Source: Chlorokybus atmophyticus
Lineage: Eukaryota > Plantae > Mesostigma and Chlorokybus algae
Direction: 5' to 3'
Assembly (NCBI GenBank): GCA_009103225.1
Contig: RHPI01000733.1
Location: 1-39,179, forward strand
DNA length: 39,179 bases
Positions within the stretch are counted from its first letter, which is position 1. Each line of letters starts with the position of its first letter. The notes under the pieces were generated by a model. It did no database searches. It saw nothing but the letters and a program-made list of their open reading frames with translations, and was not told the origin of the DNA. The position numbers were made by a program, and so were the translations under genes. Below, piece after piece: positions 12,403 through 23,135 of this stretch.

Positions 12403-14835
12403 AACAACACCAATTATGCCAATGCTCGCAAGGAAGAGCAAGGCTACAGGGGGAAGAATCGCCCTCCTCAGCGTAAGGGACTGCATGGACGTCCGCGCTG
12501 CTGCTGTTGCCGCCAACCCGCCAGCTGATGACCATATGGCTGCCCTCATAGCGCGTATGGCACGCTTGCAGGAAGACAAAGAGCAGGACTACCGCGCCTG
12601 CTACTCTACCCGTTGGGCATGGATGGCTCCAAAGCGCACGGGAGACACCAGCACTCCGTCACTTATTCAACCATCCCAACGGGTTCAAGGGGAAGCCGCA
12701 ACATTGTCAGCAGCTACCTCATTAAAAGCCATCGGTGGTGCTGCACCAGCAGCAATAGTTACACCGGCTACGATGTCAACTCCGTCAATGTCAGCAGGAA
12801 CTACTCCAGTTGCACCAGAAGTTGGTAAAATAGCGAGCACTATAACGCCAACACTAGTGAGCACGCTGATGACAGCCACTGTTGTCACCAACCCTGCAGC
12901 AGTAGGTCGCACTGGTCCCGCTCCGACTGCAGGACCACCGGTGTCAGCGAGCGTTGAGACCACTCTCGCGCCACTGAGCGGCACTCTCGCCACCACCGGC
13001 AGTGTCATCGTTGAGCCCGTTGCCACTGCAGCGACGCGCGCAGCTACATTGCCCGCTCTTGACATCACTCAAGCTGTCGCACGAGGTCACCAAGCTGAGC
13101 GCGCATGGGAAACCATCATGGGTGGAGCAGATCCCACTACCATTGCTTTTGAGCGTGGAGGAGAGCGCACCACTCGCGTTGACCGCATTGATCGCGTCTT
13201 CCCACTGCCTGAATATTACACTCTGCAAGAACAGACTCAGCGGCAAGTGAAGGATGAAATCCTCGCCGACACGGCGCCTCCCATGCGAGATCGTGTCTTT
13301 GAGGTCAGAACACCTGTGCTGGAGTTGGCACTACAGCTGTTCTAGACTCTGCATAACGACATGCAGACTGCGCCATGCCAGCCCGCACCAGTCCGTCATG
13401 AACCCTTTTAGCCAAGCCCGCTGGACACGTATTGGGACCGGCAACCCAACATACAGCAGCACATCGCTGATACAGCCGACATGCCTCTGGGTGACGACGA
13501 AGCACTGAGACCCTTCAGTACCGTTCGGCTTCATAAGCGCTACACCGCTCTTGAACAGGGGTTCACCTGGCGATGGGACCAAGCGGCAGCAATCAATGCA
13601 AGAGCGCAAGCCCTTGTCAATGCTCGCGCTGGCGTTCTTCAACCCACGGTCGCTGGCCCATCATCCAGCACAACACCTCTCGTCGGTGAGCCCGACATTG
13701 ACGCGGCGCGGGCGCTGGCCTAACAAACAAAGGGGGGGATCGCCCCGTTGCTACCCGCCTCGTTGGAAGACTTGCCAGACAATCAGCGGGATTCACAGAG
13801 AGGCTACCTCACACCACAAGGGTGTACACAACGAGATGGAGCAGGCTCAATCGGAGAACAGCAATTGCGCACTGCCCTGTTACGACAAGCAACCATGCTA
13901 CATCGACAAGAAGGCATCGGCCTGAGACGGATGTTGGGAATGCGAGAAGGTGGCAATGCAACTCAAGCAAGACTAGTGACTTAGCTAGTCACCACTCACC
14001 CCGCAGTCCCTCTGTGCGCATTCGGCACCATATTGTTATGGTAGGACGCCTTCGTTCGCTACGGCAAGCCTATGACGAGGTTGCCTCGGCAGCCACGAAC
14101 ACCTTAGAAGAAACTAAAGAGGCCATACTGCACTTGCCAGGGGTGGAAGCAGTGCGGCAGCGCAAACGCATCGTAGCTGCTTATGAGCAGCATGTCCAAC
14201 AGCCAGAGATTTACCCCACTGTGCGGGCACGAGCAACAACGGTGCTGGAAGTGGGGGTGGTCAATGGCAGATGGGATGCTTACATGGCAGGGATCTTAAG
14301 GGTTCCCACCATCACCCACGGCATAAGAGCGTGGCTCTTGCGCGCAGTGTATCTCCAGCCCATGCCTCAAAATCACCGCTGGAGTGACATGGTCAACAAT
14401 CCAACAGCCACATGGGAAGGTACACGGGTCAGGGAGGCAGCTCATGCTGTACGCTGGATTAATGGGGAAGAACAGGCTGCACGGGAGGCGGGCCCACAAA
14501 CACCCGGTCCTCCAGGGTTTCCTCAACAGCCACTGGCTACGCCGCCAGGTATAACCCCGGCCACACAAAGGCGCAATCCCCGTGCAACACAACCAGGGCA
14601 ACCACAGGCAGCATCGCAAGCACCTAGGCCGTTGCGCGTATACCAACAGCCAAGACAAGGACGGTTCGGGCCAGGCCGCGGGCAAGGAGGTCTCCAAGAC
14701 CCAGCTGGTCGAGGGGCGCTTGCCGCACTGCGCTCGACACCACCGGAGGAGATTGCAGCAGCAGTCACCGCACGCACACGTTATCGACGAGTCAAGCGGC
14801 TGCGCATCCACGCCAACGCACCCATGATCGCCAAC

Positions 14836-15190
14836 CAATGCAAGCATGTCACTATCGATGGACGAGCACCCAAGCGTGTGATGCTGGACTTTGGAGCCCA
14901 GCCTGTCATTATCGGTCGTTACCTCGCGCGCGACCTTGGCACCACTAGCGCTGAGCTGATGCCATGCTCATACATGCTCGACACAGCAACCGGCAGCCGT
15001 GACAAGGTGATTGGCATCACCAAGCAAGCCCTCTGCATACGTTTGACAGGAGTGGACCCTTCCCACAGCACCGCGGTCATACAAAAGTGTGTAGTTACCG
15101 ACGCAGGATCCTTCGACCTGCTGCTGGGACAGGACTTCAACTTCCCTGTTGGCATGGGGCTGGACTGCTGGACAGAGAAGGCATGGTTTT
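14836..15190 (+). pseudogene. Retroviral-type aspartic protease domain
   Basis: VMLDFGAQ (catalytic Asp at 14887-89) and the downstream FDLLLGQDF motif, within ORF 13822-15477. Confidence 0.85.
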
Positions 15191-15599
15191 GTCCTCATTG
15201 GGAGGAGGATGGAGAGGATCAAGGTTATCTGCCTCCCGAACTGGTAGCTTGCACCCGCTCTCACCCAAGGACAGCTGCAATAACCACCTACAAGTCGTTG
15301 TCGATAACCACTAATAGGTCAGCAATAGCCACCCACAGGTCGGTTTCAACAACCATTGACAGATCAGCTGCGGTGGTCACTCACAACTCTGACCCAGACT
15401 CTCCTATCCCATATGACAAATGTCCGGAAGATGCCATTGAAAAAGTGGCCCACCAGAAATCAGCGCAACGCCGCTGACGCGCACAGGTGGTCGCACATCT
15501 ACGATTAACCAGACCGCGGCTCACTTCACGGTTCCCTCTCTACAAGGACCAAGCTGCAGTCCAAGAGCAACACTAGGTGGCCACTGGAGTGGTGGAGTT

Positions 15600-16530
15600 T
15601 CACATATTCCGTCGACAACAAGGCGTCACCGTGTTGGAATTGTTTAAAGGTATGGGTAGTGGCCTCGCCGCGGACCTCAACACCGGCGCGACGGTCACCA
15701 AGTACTTCTACTATAACCCAGTTTTACACGCACAGCTTGCCCTGAGCCACCACCTGCGCCACCTACACAAATGCTACCCGCAGCGACTGCCGCTATCGGC
15801 ACTGCAAGGCAGTCTGAAGGCACTGCGGATCACCTCCTGGCGGTGGGCAACATTGATCTGCTCATAGCAAGATGGGAGTGTCAAGGACACTCCAGAGCAG
15901 GCAGAGGCCAAAGGCTCGCTAATTCTCGCAAGCGACTGTCCCGGGAACTAATGCGTATCATTAATATCCTGCAGAGCAACCATCTGTCCAGGCCTCAAAG
16001 ATACATCATCGAGAATGTGCACTCCGAGGACGATCAGCACCATCACGTGGCCAACAGCTTTCGATAAGTTTGTTCTTTACTGGGACACCCTCTCAAAATC
16101 AATGCAGCGCGTCATGGCTCATCGCGTCCGCGCCAAGTGGACCAACCTGGCTACAATCGAGGATCTCTTTGCTGCTAAACATCTGCACAGCAGTTGTCCA
16201 CGCCATCTCACCGTCGACGCTATTTTGGACCCTGGGCGCATAGCACAACAAGTCACACGACACGATCACCAGCACTTTTACCAGTGCAACCAGCCTGGTC
16301 AACCACGTCGTGCGCTCCCCACTCTGGTGTCTAACCCAGGATCATACGCCTTCCGCAACCAAGGAGAAGGCATGGTGTTGGATTCCAACACAAGCCGACT
16401 GTAGAGACCCCGCGCGATGGGACTCTCTCCAAGCGTTATTGTAGGTTCCACGCTGACCAACAGTCAGCAATGTCAGCTGTTGCGACGCGCCATGGACCAG
16501 AACAGCATGGTCTGGTTATTGAAAGTGTGC
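15600..16530 (+). pseudogene. DNMT3-like C5 cytosine methyltransferase domain within pol
   Basis: Motif I TVLELFKGMG (15628-15657); motif IV IDLLIARWECQGHSRAG (Cys at 15879-81); motif VI YIIENV (ENV at 16011-19); motif VIII AHRVRAKWTN (16117-16146); motifs IX/X RAMGL...LLRRAMD (to about 16500). Motifs are in canonical order with two frameshifts. Confidence 0.88.
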
Positions 16531-16829
16531 TTTGCTCTCCACGACCGCGATGTGTTATTTCAAGAGCTCGAACACCTGGCGGGGGGGTGGGCCGATCGCG
16601 TGCAAGATTTCAAAGTGGCACACATCGCCCTCGAAATTGCTCATATGGAGGAGCAGGCAACAGTCATTATGAAGGATCTCAGTAGTCGCCAACGCTACCT
16701 CGTGGTCCCATGCCATTTGACCACTGGCCACAGGCCAAACGCGAGTACAGTTTGAGGCTTTTCTCAACAAGTGGAGGAGTCAATTGGACTTCAGCGTGAA
16801 GGAACTGGGCATTTGCTCAGCTTACCAGA

Positions 16830-17740
16830 TGGACATCGAGTTGGTGGACACCGAATTGATGTTTCAATGACAGTACGAACTCTCCAAGTTGGAAGAGGAC
16901 TTGGTGGAGCAGAGGTGCAAGGCTCTGCTAGATGCCGGTCTGATTAAGGAGTTCACAGCGGACTTTGCGGCCGCGACTGTCATGCCCCTGAAGAAGGATT
17001 CAACAGGCAATTGGACAGACCGACGCATGTACGGCGACTATCCCCCCCCTGAACAACAAAACCAAACAAGACAGGTATCCAATGCCTACTGCAGAGGGTA
17101 TCCTTGATGTAGGAGACTATACTGTCTTCAACATCCTGGGAATGCGACAAGGTTACAACCAGATCGCCATCAGGGAGGAGGACAAGCACAAAACCTCTTT
17201 CTGGGGCAACCGCCAGCTGTACCAGTGGAAGGTCATGCCCTTCGGACTGAAGAACGCTCCTGCCAAGTTCTAGCGCGTCATAAACAAAGCCTCGAAGGGG
17301 CTGGACTTCACGTGGTGCTACATTGACGACATTCTCATCTTCGATCGCAACAACAAAGAGCACCTACATCACATCGAGGAGGTGCTGAAGAGGCTCACAC
17401 GGATGGGGATGACGGTGCACCCCGACAAGTGCACTTTCTTCACTCGCAAGGTACCCTACCTAGGGCACATGATTGTGCCCCACAGTGTGTACGTACAGCA
17501 GGCAAAGGTGGAGGCTTTGGAAGCTATCCCTGCTCCAACGGACCTAACGCGCCTGCGCGCCTTTCTGGGCCTGGCCAACTACTATCGCCGGTTCGTGAAG
17601 GACTTTGCAAAGATCGCGCTCAACGAGCTTCTGAAGAAGGAAGTGGAGTTTGCGTGGAAGGAGCCACAACAGCAGGCGTTTGAGGAGCTAAAAGGCAGGC
17701 TCACCACCGCTCCCATCCAGCAACGCCCTGACTACAACAA
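16830..17740 (+). pseudogene. pol: Reverse transcriptase (Ty3/Gypsy type) plus connection region
   Basis: RMYGDY, RYPMP, GYNQI, YQWKVMPFGLKNAP, YIDDILIF (YIDD at 17319-30), KCTF, YLGH, LRAFLGLANYYRRFVKDF. Confidence 0.97.
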
Positions 17741-18100
17741 ACCCTTCATCCTCCACACCAACTGAAGCAAGCTTGGGATGGGGGCTGTGCTGGTGCAGCA
17801 CGATGAGAACAAGCACGACGGGTGTCGTACGCCAGCCAAAGCAACAACAGCGCTGAAGCCAAGTACAGCAGCTACGAGGGGGAGTGCCTCGCTGCAGTGT
17901 GGGCCATCTCCTTCTTCTGACCTTTCCTATTTAGTCGGCAATTCCAACTGATCACCGATCACCAGCCACTCAAGTGGTTGATGACCAACCAACATCCGAC
18001 AGGGAAACTTGCTCGCTGGGCCCTGTTATTGCAGGAGTATGACTCTAAGATCGACCACCGCATCGGACTCACCAACCAAGACGCCGATGGCCTCAGTTGC
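17741..18100 (+). pseudogene. RNase H (Ty3/Gypsy type)
   Basis: FILHTN*S..GMGAVLVQ, YAS, YSSYEGECLAAVWAI, FQLITDHQPLKWL, KLARWALLLQEYD, NQDADGLS. Confidence 0.95.
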
Positions 18101-18539
18101 AACTCTCACCCCAGTATCAACGATGCAACCGGAGCTCGGCACGAGCTCGGCCCTGCAGCAGCAGCCCCCACCTTGGCGGCCATGTTTGCGGTTGCTGCGT
18201 TACGTTCTGGGCGCCAGATCAGCACCACTGCCACCTCAACGGCAGATAAAATTCCTGCCCTTGAGTCCACTGGCCCCACAATAACCGCACCTATGGAGAA
18301 CGCCCACGCGGACGACATTAAAGTCGACGATACAGAGCTGGCACCCACCGACACCAGGCAGGATATATGGCTAAATAAGCCATCACTCTCCTTCCTTCAA
18401 AGTGACCAACTTCCCTCCAACATGAGTGCACGAGAGTAAGATCGTGTCAGTCAACGCACCCGCCACTATTAATGGGCGGATGACAAGCTTTATCGCCGCG
18501 TCCATGACAAAGGAGGTGCCAACACCAGCCACCCGCGAG

Positions 18540-19569
18540 GGTATCATCACTGCCCTCCACACTAAGCTTGGACACTTCGGTGACAAGCGTACAGTGAGCC
18601 TGGTAAGGGCGCAATATTAGTGGTATGGGCTATCCAAACAGGTGCAGGGGTTTGTCAGTCGCTGCCAATAGTGTGACATGGTACGCGCCAGCCTCAACAC
18701 ACGCAGCGCCACCTTGCACCCTCTCCCCATCTCCGGCCTTTTCTATCACTAGGGACTCTTAAGAGACTTTGCAACCTCGGCATGTGGCAACCGTTACATC
18801 CTGGACAGAATCGAGCATTTCGCCTGATGGTGGGAGCTAATGCCATTACCCGACAAAAGCAGCAGAGGTTGTCTCAGGCCTTCCTCTCCCATGTCCTCAG
18901 CCGGTTCGGCAGCTGCGCTAAGGTCATCACCGACCAGGGCACTGAGTTCAGAGGGGACTTCGACACCCTGATGGACAGATGCTACATTGATCATCGCCGC
19001 GCTTCGCGTTACCACCCCAAGCCGACGGTCTCGCCGAGCGGATAGTACAGACCATCAAGAAGGCACTCCGCAAGTACGTGCTGGAGTATGAGAAGAACAC
19101 CTGGGGCGACCACCTTCCGTGGGTGGCTTTTGGATACCTATTGTCAAAGCAGGCGGCTCTTCGCGAGTACAGCCCATACTACCTGCTGTTCAGACGTCCG
19201 CCATTGCTTCCCTTTCGTGCACAGCAGGAAGTAGACCGTGTGGTGAACAACCTCGACGATCCCGACTGGATGCACCACGACATTACCACCCGAGCCGCGC
19301 TGTTTAAACACACCGTCCCAATGGCCTTCAACATAATACGTATCGCACAGCACGGCGACACCCTGCGCTACGAGCGCGTGCGGAGCGGCTTCAACAACGA
19401 GCGCCAACGGCGGTTTCAAGCAAGGGACTTTGCCTACCGCATGGCAGCCACCAAGAACACGCTCGACACCTCTATGGGCCGCACCGTCTACAAGGTACTC
19501 AAGGTGTACCCCACAGGAGTACTGGACCTCCTCTGTCAAAATGGCAAGAGGTTGAAAGACAACATGTAA
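18540..19569 (+). pseudogene. DDE integrase with HHCC zinc-binding domain and C-terminal extension
   Basis: LHTKLGHFG...RCQ*CD; ITDQGTEFRG; YHP..DGLAERIVQTIKKALRK; WGDHLPWVAFGY; YSPYYLLF; RFQARDFAY...VYPTGVL. Confidence 0.95.
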
Positions 19570-19647
19570 AACTGCGCGCCATGTCAACTTCCGTGCATAG
19601 CTGGCTTTGCGCGCATGCAGCACCGTCACCCCGCCCGCAGCACACGC

Positions 19648-19779
19648 TGTAAACGCTGCGGCAGCGCCGGCGACAACGCACTCATGATGCTCTGCAATGA
19701 CTGTATCAAAGGCCTGCATTGCTATCGTCTGGAGCCCCCGTTGGACGCAATACCCATGGAGAACTGATGCGACGATTGC
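19648..19779 (+). pseudogene. PHD finger in frame with the integrase C-terminus
   Basis: CKRCGSAGDNALMMLCNDCIKGLHCYRLEPPLDAIPMEN*CDDC fits C4HC3 spacing, with one ligand Cys appearing as Arg and the conserved Trp as TGA at 19765-67. Confidence 0.85.
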
Positions 19780-19845
19780 CGCACCAATGGCCCTCCTCAC
19801 CTGCGTTAGCAACTGAGCTCTGGAGCTGGAACCTCCCCAGAAACT

Positions 19846-19856
19846 GAAGGGGGTGG
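19846..19856 (+). promoter_or_regulatory. Putative polypurine tract
   Basis: GAAGGGGGTGG lies 2 nt before TGTTGAC (19859) at the start of repeat B1. Confidence 0.55.
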
Positions 19857-20092
19857 CTTGTTGACTATGTGTCCTACACCATAGCATGTACACTAAGGAG
19901 AACACCGCCTCCACATGTACGTGTGATTCAGCGACAGCGGAGTAGCTTCGCCAAGCACTCCGCGCCATACGAGCTGGATTATCTTTTACTTTTGCTACAT
20001 GTTACAACATGTTGCAGCAACAGGGCTAGCAAGCATGTCTTTCCCAGCAGCGGCCCGAGACAGTGTGACCCTCGACTCGCCTCGACCCGACA
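19853..20092 (+). repeat. Terminal repeat B1 (240 bp)
   Basis: Colinear with 20674-20915, about 90% identical by eye; ends in CCCGACA. No B copy at the left end of the element. Confidence 0.93.
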
Positions 20093-20094
20093 GC

Positions 20095-20676
20095 TGTCAT
20101 GCCTAGTGCCCGCGCATACCAGCCTTCATCGAGCATGCCTACATTGCAACCATCACCCGGCCTACCAGCATACCAGCGCGCGCGCGTCACTGATTAGTAG
20201 CTAGGTCATGACTCCAGAGTAGCTCACGACCATAGCCTACATATGCACTGCGCGTAGCTGTGAATTCGGTTATAAGTTGTGTTCTATATCGAGTGGTGAT
20301 TGCTGCGGAATTAGCCTCGATATGACCATTTGCTTATGTTCTGAACAGTCATGATTTGACTTGTATAAGTAGTCACAGTGTTCATCGGATCAGCTGGTGA
20401 CACTGTGAGTGAGAAAGCTAAGAGCTTGTGAAACGACTTGAACGGCGAACACGTCATCCCGGTTACTAAGAACCCCCTCACTGTGTGAGAGCCTGCGCAT
20501 GCTCGTGTGCATCGTGCTTGTCATCGCTGTGAGCTTGGTGTGCCTGGTTGCAGTGTGTTTGTTGGCATCAGCCAGGGCATAGTCCACGTGTTGCTTGCTC
20601 ATACACCTCACGTAACAGTGTAACACATTTTCCGCTCATGCAAAGAACTGTGTAAACAGCACTACCTATAGTAGTG
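20095..20676 (+). repeat. Terminal repeat A2
   Basis: Copy of A1 without the nested insertion; starts TGTCATG 2 nt after B1. Confidence 0.93.
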
Positions 20677-20915
20677 GCTTGCTGACTGTGTGTCCTATAG
20701 CACAGCATGTACCTTAAGGAGAACACCGCCTCACCATGTTCGTGTGTCATTTAGCGACAGCGAAGCAGCTCCACCAAGCACTCCGCGCCATACGAGCTGG
20801 GTTATCTTTTACTTTTGCTACATGTTACAACATGTTGCAGCAACAGGGCTAGCAAGCATGTCTTTTCCTGCAGCGGCCCGAGACAGTGTGACCCTTGACT
20901 CTTCTCGACCCGACA
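20674..20915 (+). repeat. Terminal repeat B2
   Basis: Copy of B1 forming the right end of the element (…CCCGACA). Confidence 0.93.
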
Positions 20916-20989
20916 AATGTCGTAATAGTGCATGCCTCTGCGCAATCAGATATGGACACTACAGCGACACGAAAGACAACTAGGCAACT

Positions 20990-21888
20990 ATGGTGCGAAG
21001 AGGTGGGAAGCAAATCATGCATAAGGTTGACCTGCCTGGCATGGAGATGAATGCATGGCCCAAGCCCCCTTCGGAGCTGCGCAGTTACAACCCATGCGAT
21101 GCGCAAGGTCGCCGTCATCACCCGCACATCTTGTACTTATCCATTTTGTGTCTATTTTGTGGCGGTGGTGGGGCCGTTATGGGGCTGCATCGTGCAGGGT
21201 TTAAAGTTAAACACAAACAAAATTAGAAAAGATGATTATCCTGTCTAATTTTATCTCATATTCATATGTGGAGATGCTATGAAGGTGGACCTGTCACGGT
21301 ATGATGCGGTGCGGGCCAGCCCTCCTTGCAAGCTCTTCACCGGGGCGATCCCTTCCACCATGCGTAAGAAGAGTTCACACCTATGGGAGCACAACAAGTT
21401 GCTTGCACCTACACGCATGAAACTACAAGCAAGTACCAAACAATACATCATAGAAAACGTGATGGGCATTGCAAATTGCATGACTCCACACGTGACCCTA
21501 TGCGGGACAACGTTCCCACACCTGCCAGCCTTTAGACACCAGTTGTTTGAGACTCAGCCAGTGTTGACGTCCACCCTTATTAACTCGCACAGTAGTAAAG
21601 CTCTAGGCGTGCTGTCCACCCACAACTAGCGAGCAGCGAGCAAATGATGCTACCAGCAACAAGCAAATGTTTCCGGTTTATGGCCAGCCATCTAACAGAG
21701 GGAAGTTGAAAGGGTGGAAGTGTGCCATGGACACAGAATGGATGGCAAGCGAGGAAGCAATCCGTAACGCCATCCCGCCTTGTCTTGCTAAACACTTGGG
21801 CCGCCTCTTTCTAAAAAAGATGGGCTACTTTGTAGACTACCCGCCCACTTATGAACATTCTGCCGAGACCATAGCTGAAGCATGCTAA
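20990..21888 (+). pseudogene. Intronless phage/bacterial-type C5 DNA cytosine methyltransferase, decayed
   Basis: Motif I ILCLFCGGGGAVMGLHRAGFKV; DYP..F..ICGDAM; motif IV YDAVRASPPCK; motif VI YIIENV; LCGTTF...FRHQLFET; motifs IX/X WKCAMDTEWM...IRNAIPPCLAKHLG. Two frameshifts and several stops. Confidence 0.87.
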
Positions 21889-23135
21889 AAATGTACAACT
21901 CTAAGTGCTCTTGGGAACGTAAACCCTAGCACTACAGTGTGCACAACCCTTCATGTTTGGCATGCATTGTGCAGCAAACCATTTTAGCAGGGCCAAACTA
22001 TGCTAGACTAACACTGAAAAAACATATATACGGCACACAAAACGACATGTATCCCGTCATGCATACACACCAGGACTAGTAGGGCGGCGATTACATAGAC
22101 TATATAAGAGCCTCATGCTATCAACACGCATACCGCCAAGTCGTCTATCGACTCGCAAGTCTCACATTGAGGACGGTGTCATTATCCGGTGTGACAACAA
22201 TTGCCATTAGATTGTTTACAACAGCGATGTTACATTCGGTACCAACAGTTTATTGATACGGCCCAATCAAGGTAATTACAGAGGTTGGCGCATAAGGTTG
22301 AAAACGCGTCCTATTGGCCCACAAGCTCCCAGTACCAAATATTAGGCATATTCAATGTCACGGAATGAGCACTAACACAGCAAAAACACTCCCCAACAGA
22401 CCAGTTTGATTTATGTTCAAAAGTTGCTTTTTACAAACCTGCTTATTTTTATATTGGCCCCTTGAACAACTGCCGCCAAGCCCCCCTCACACAGTAGTGA
22501 GCATAAGAAGTCCCACAATTGTAATTGTCTGCCAGCAATCTTCTTATAGACTCCTATCTGCTGCCTTCCCACTTGGCCACGCATTGGCCAAGTAGCACCT
22601 TATTAGCTAGCTGGCTAGGTGTTCTTACATCCACACGTGCTAACCTCAAATACATGCTCCGCCACCTTAGGCTGTTGAGCTAACAGTCAAACCCATCACT
22701 TGAATACTCAGTGCCTGCTTATCTTAACAGAGCACCCTTACGCGGATGATACCAACGCGGAGTTGTTCTCACATAAGGCAATTGAGCATGTCACATCACA
22801 TCATGTGATTGCGTACTGATTCGCCCTGTGCTGGCTCCTTGCAATACTTGTACAATTTCGTGCCAAAGGCCCTTGGGCTTAGAGGCAAGTTGCAAACCGC
22901 CAAACAGTATGCATTGTACTCACACATGGAAGGAGCAGACACTTGCAACCTATGGTCATGCTATACTATAGCAATCAGCACACGAGAACGAGTAAAGCCT
23001 TGCCTTTTGGGCGTGACAGCGCGAGCATGTAGTGCTATGTGCATGGTGCGTTCGAGGCTGACAACATGGATGTACCTTGGGATTTCGGCTCGTAGCCATT
23101 TTCAGGGTTTATGTGTTGGGTTTTCTTGTGGAACT

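Larger units (their letters stand above)
10990..12528 (+). pseudogene. gag: gag remnant with two CX2CX4HX4C zinc knuckles
   Basis: CHLCGRHGHYQKEC at 12112-12153 and CDYCHKTGHLELVC at 12178-12219. Upstream frames are broken by stops and frameshifts; the 5' boundary is approximate. Confidence 0.8.
9555..20915 (+). mobile_element. Decayed Ty3/Gypsy retrotransposon carrying a DNMT3-like methyltransferase and a PHD finger, with split direct repeats (A-internal-B-A-B)
   Basis: Domain order Gag-AP-(DNMT)-RT-RH-IN is the Ty3/Gypsy order. Ends are TGTCATG (9555) and CCCGACA (20915). Repeats are A1 9555-10593, B1 19853-20092, A2 20095-20676, B2 20674-20915. Many stops and frameshifts. Confidence 0.92.

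Noticed and set aside
14260-14350. GRW and HGIR motifs suggesting a tyrosine recombinase that would explain the split repeats
   Set aside because: The order is reversed relative to YR (HxxR precedes GRW...Y), and no upstream catalytic Arg box is seen. A complete DDE integrase is present instead.
9550-20920. Target-site duplication around the retroelement
   Set aside because: Flanks are CAAGT and AATGT, only 3/5 identical, so a TSD cannot be claimed. It may be decayed or absent.
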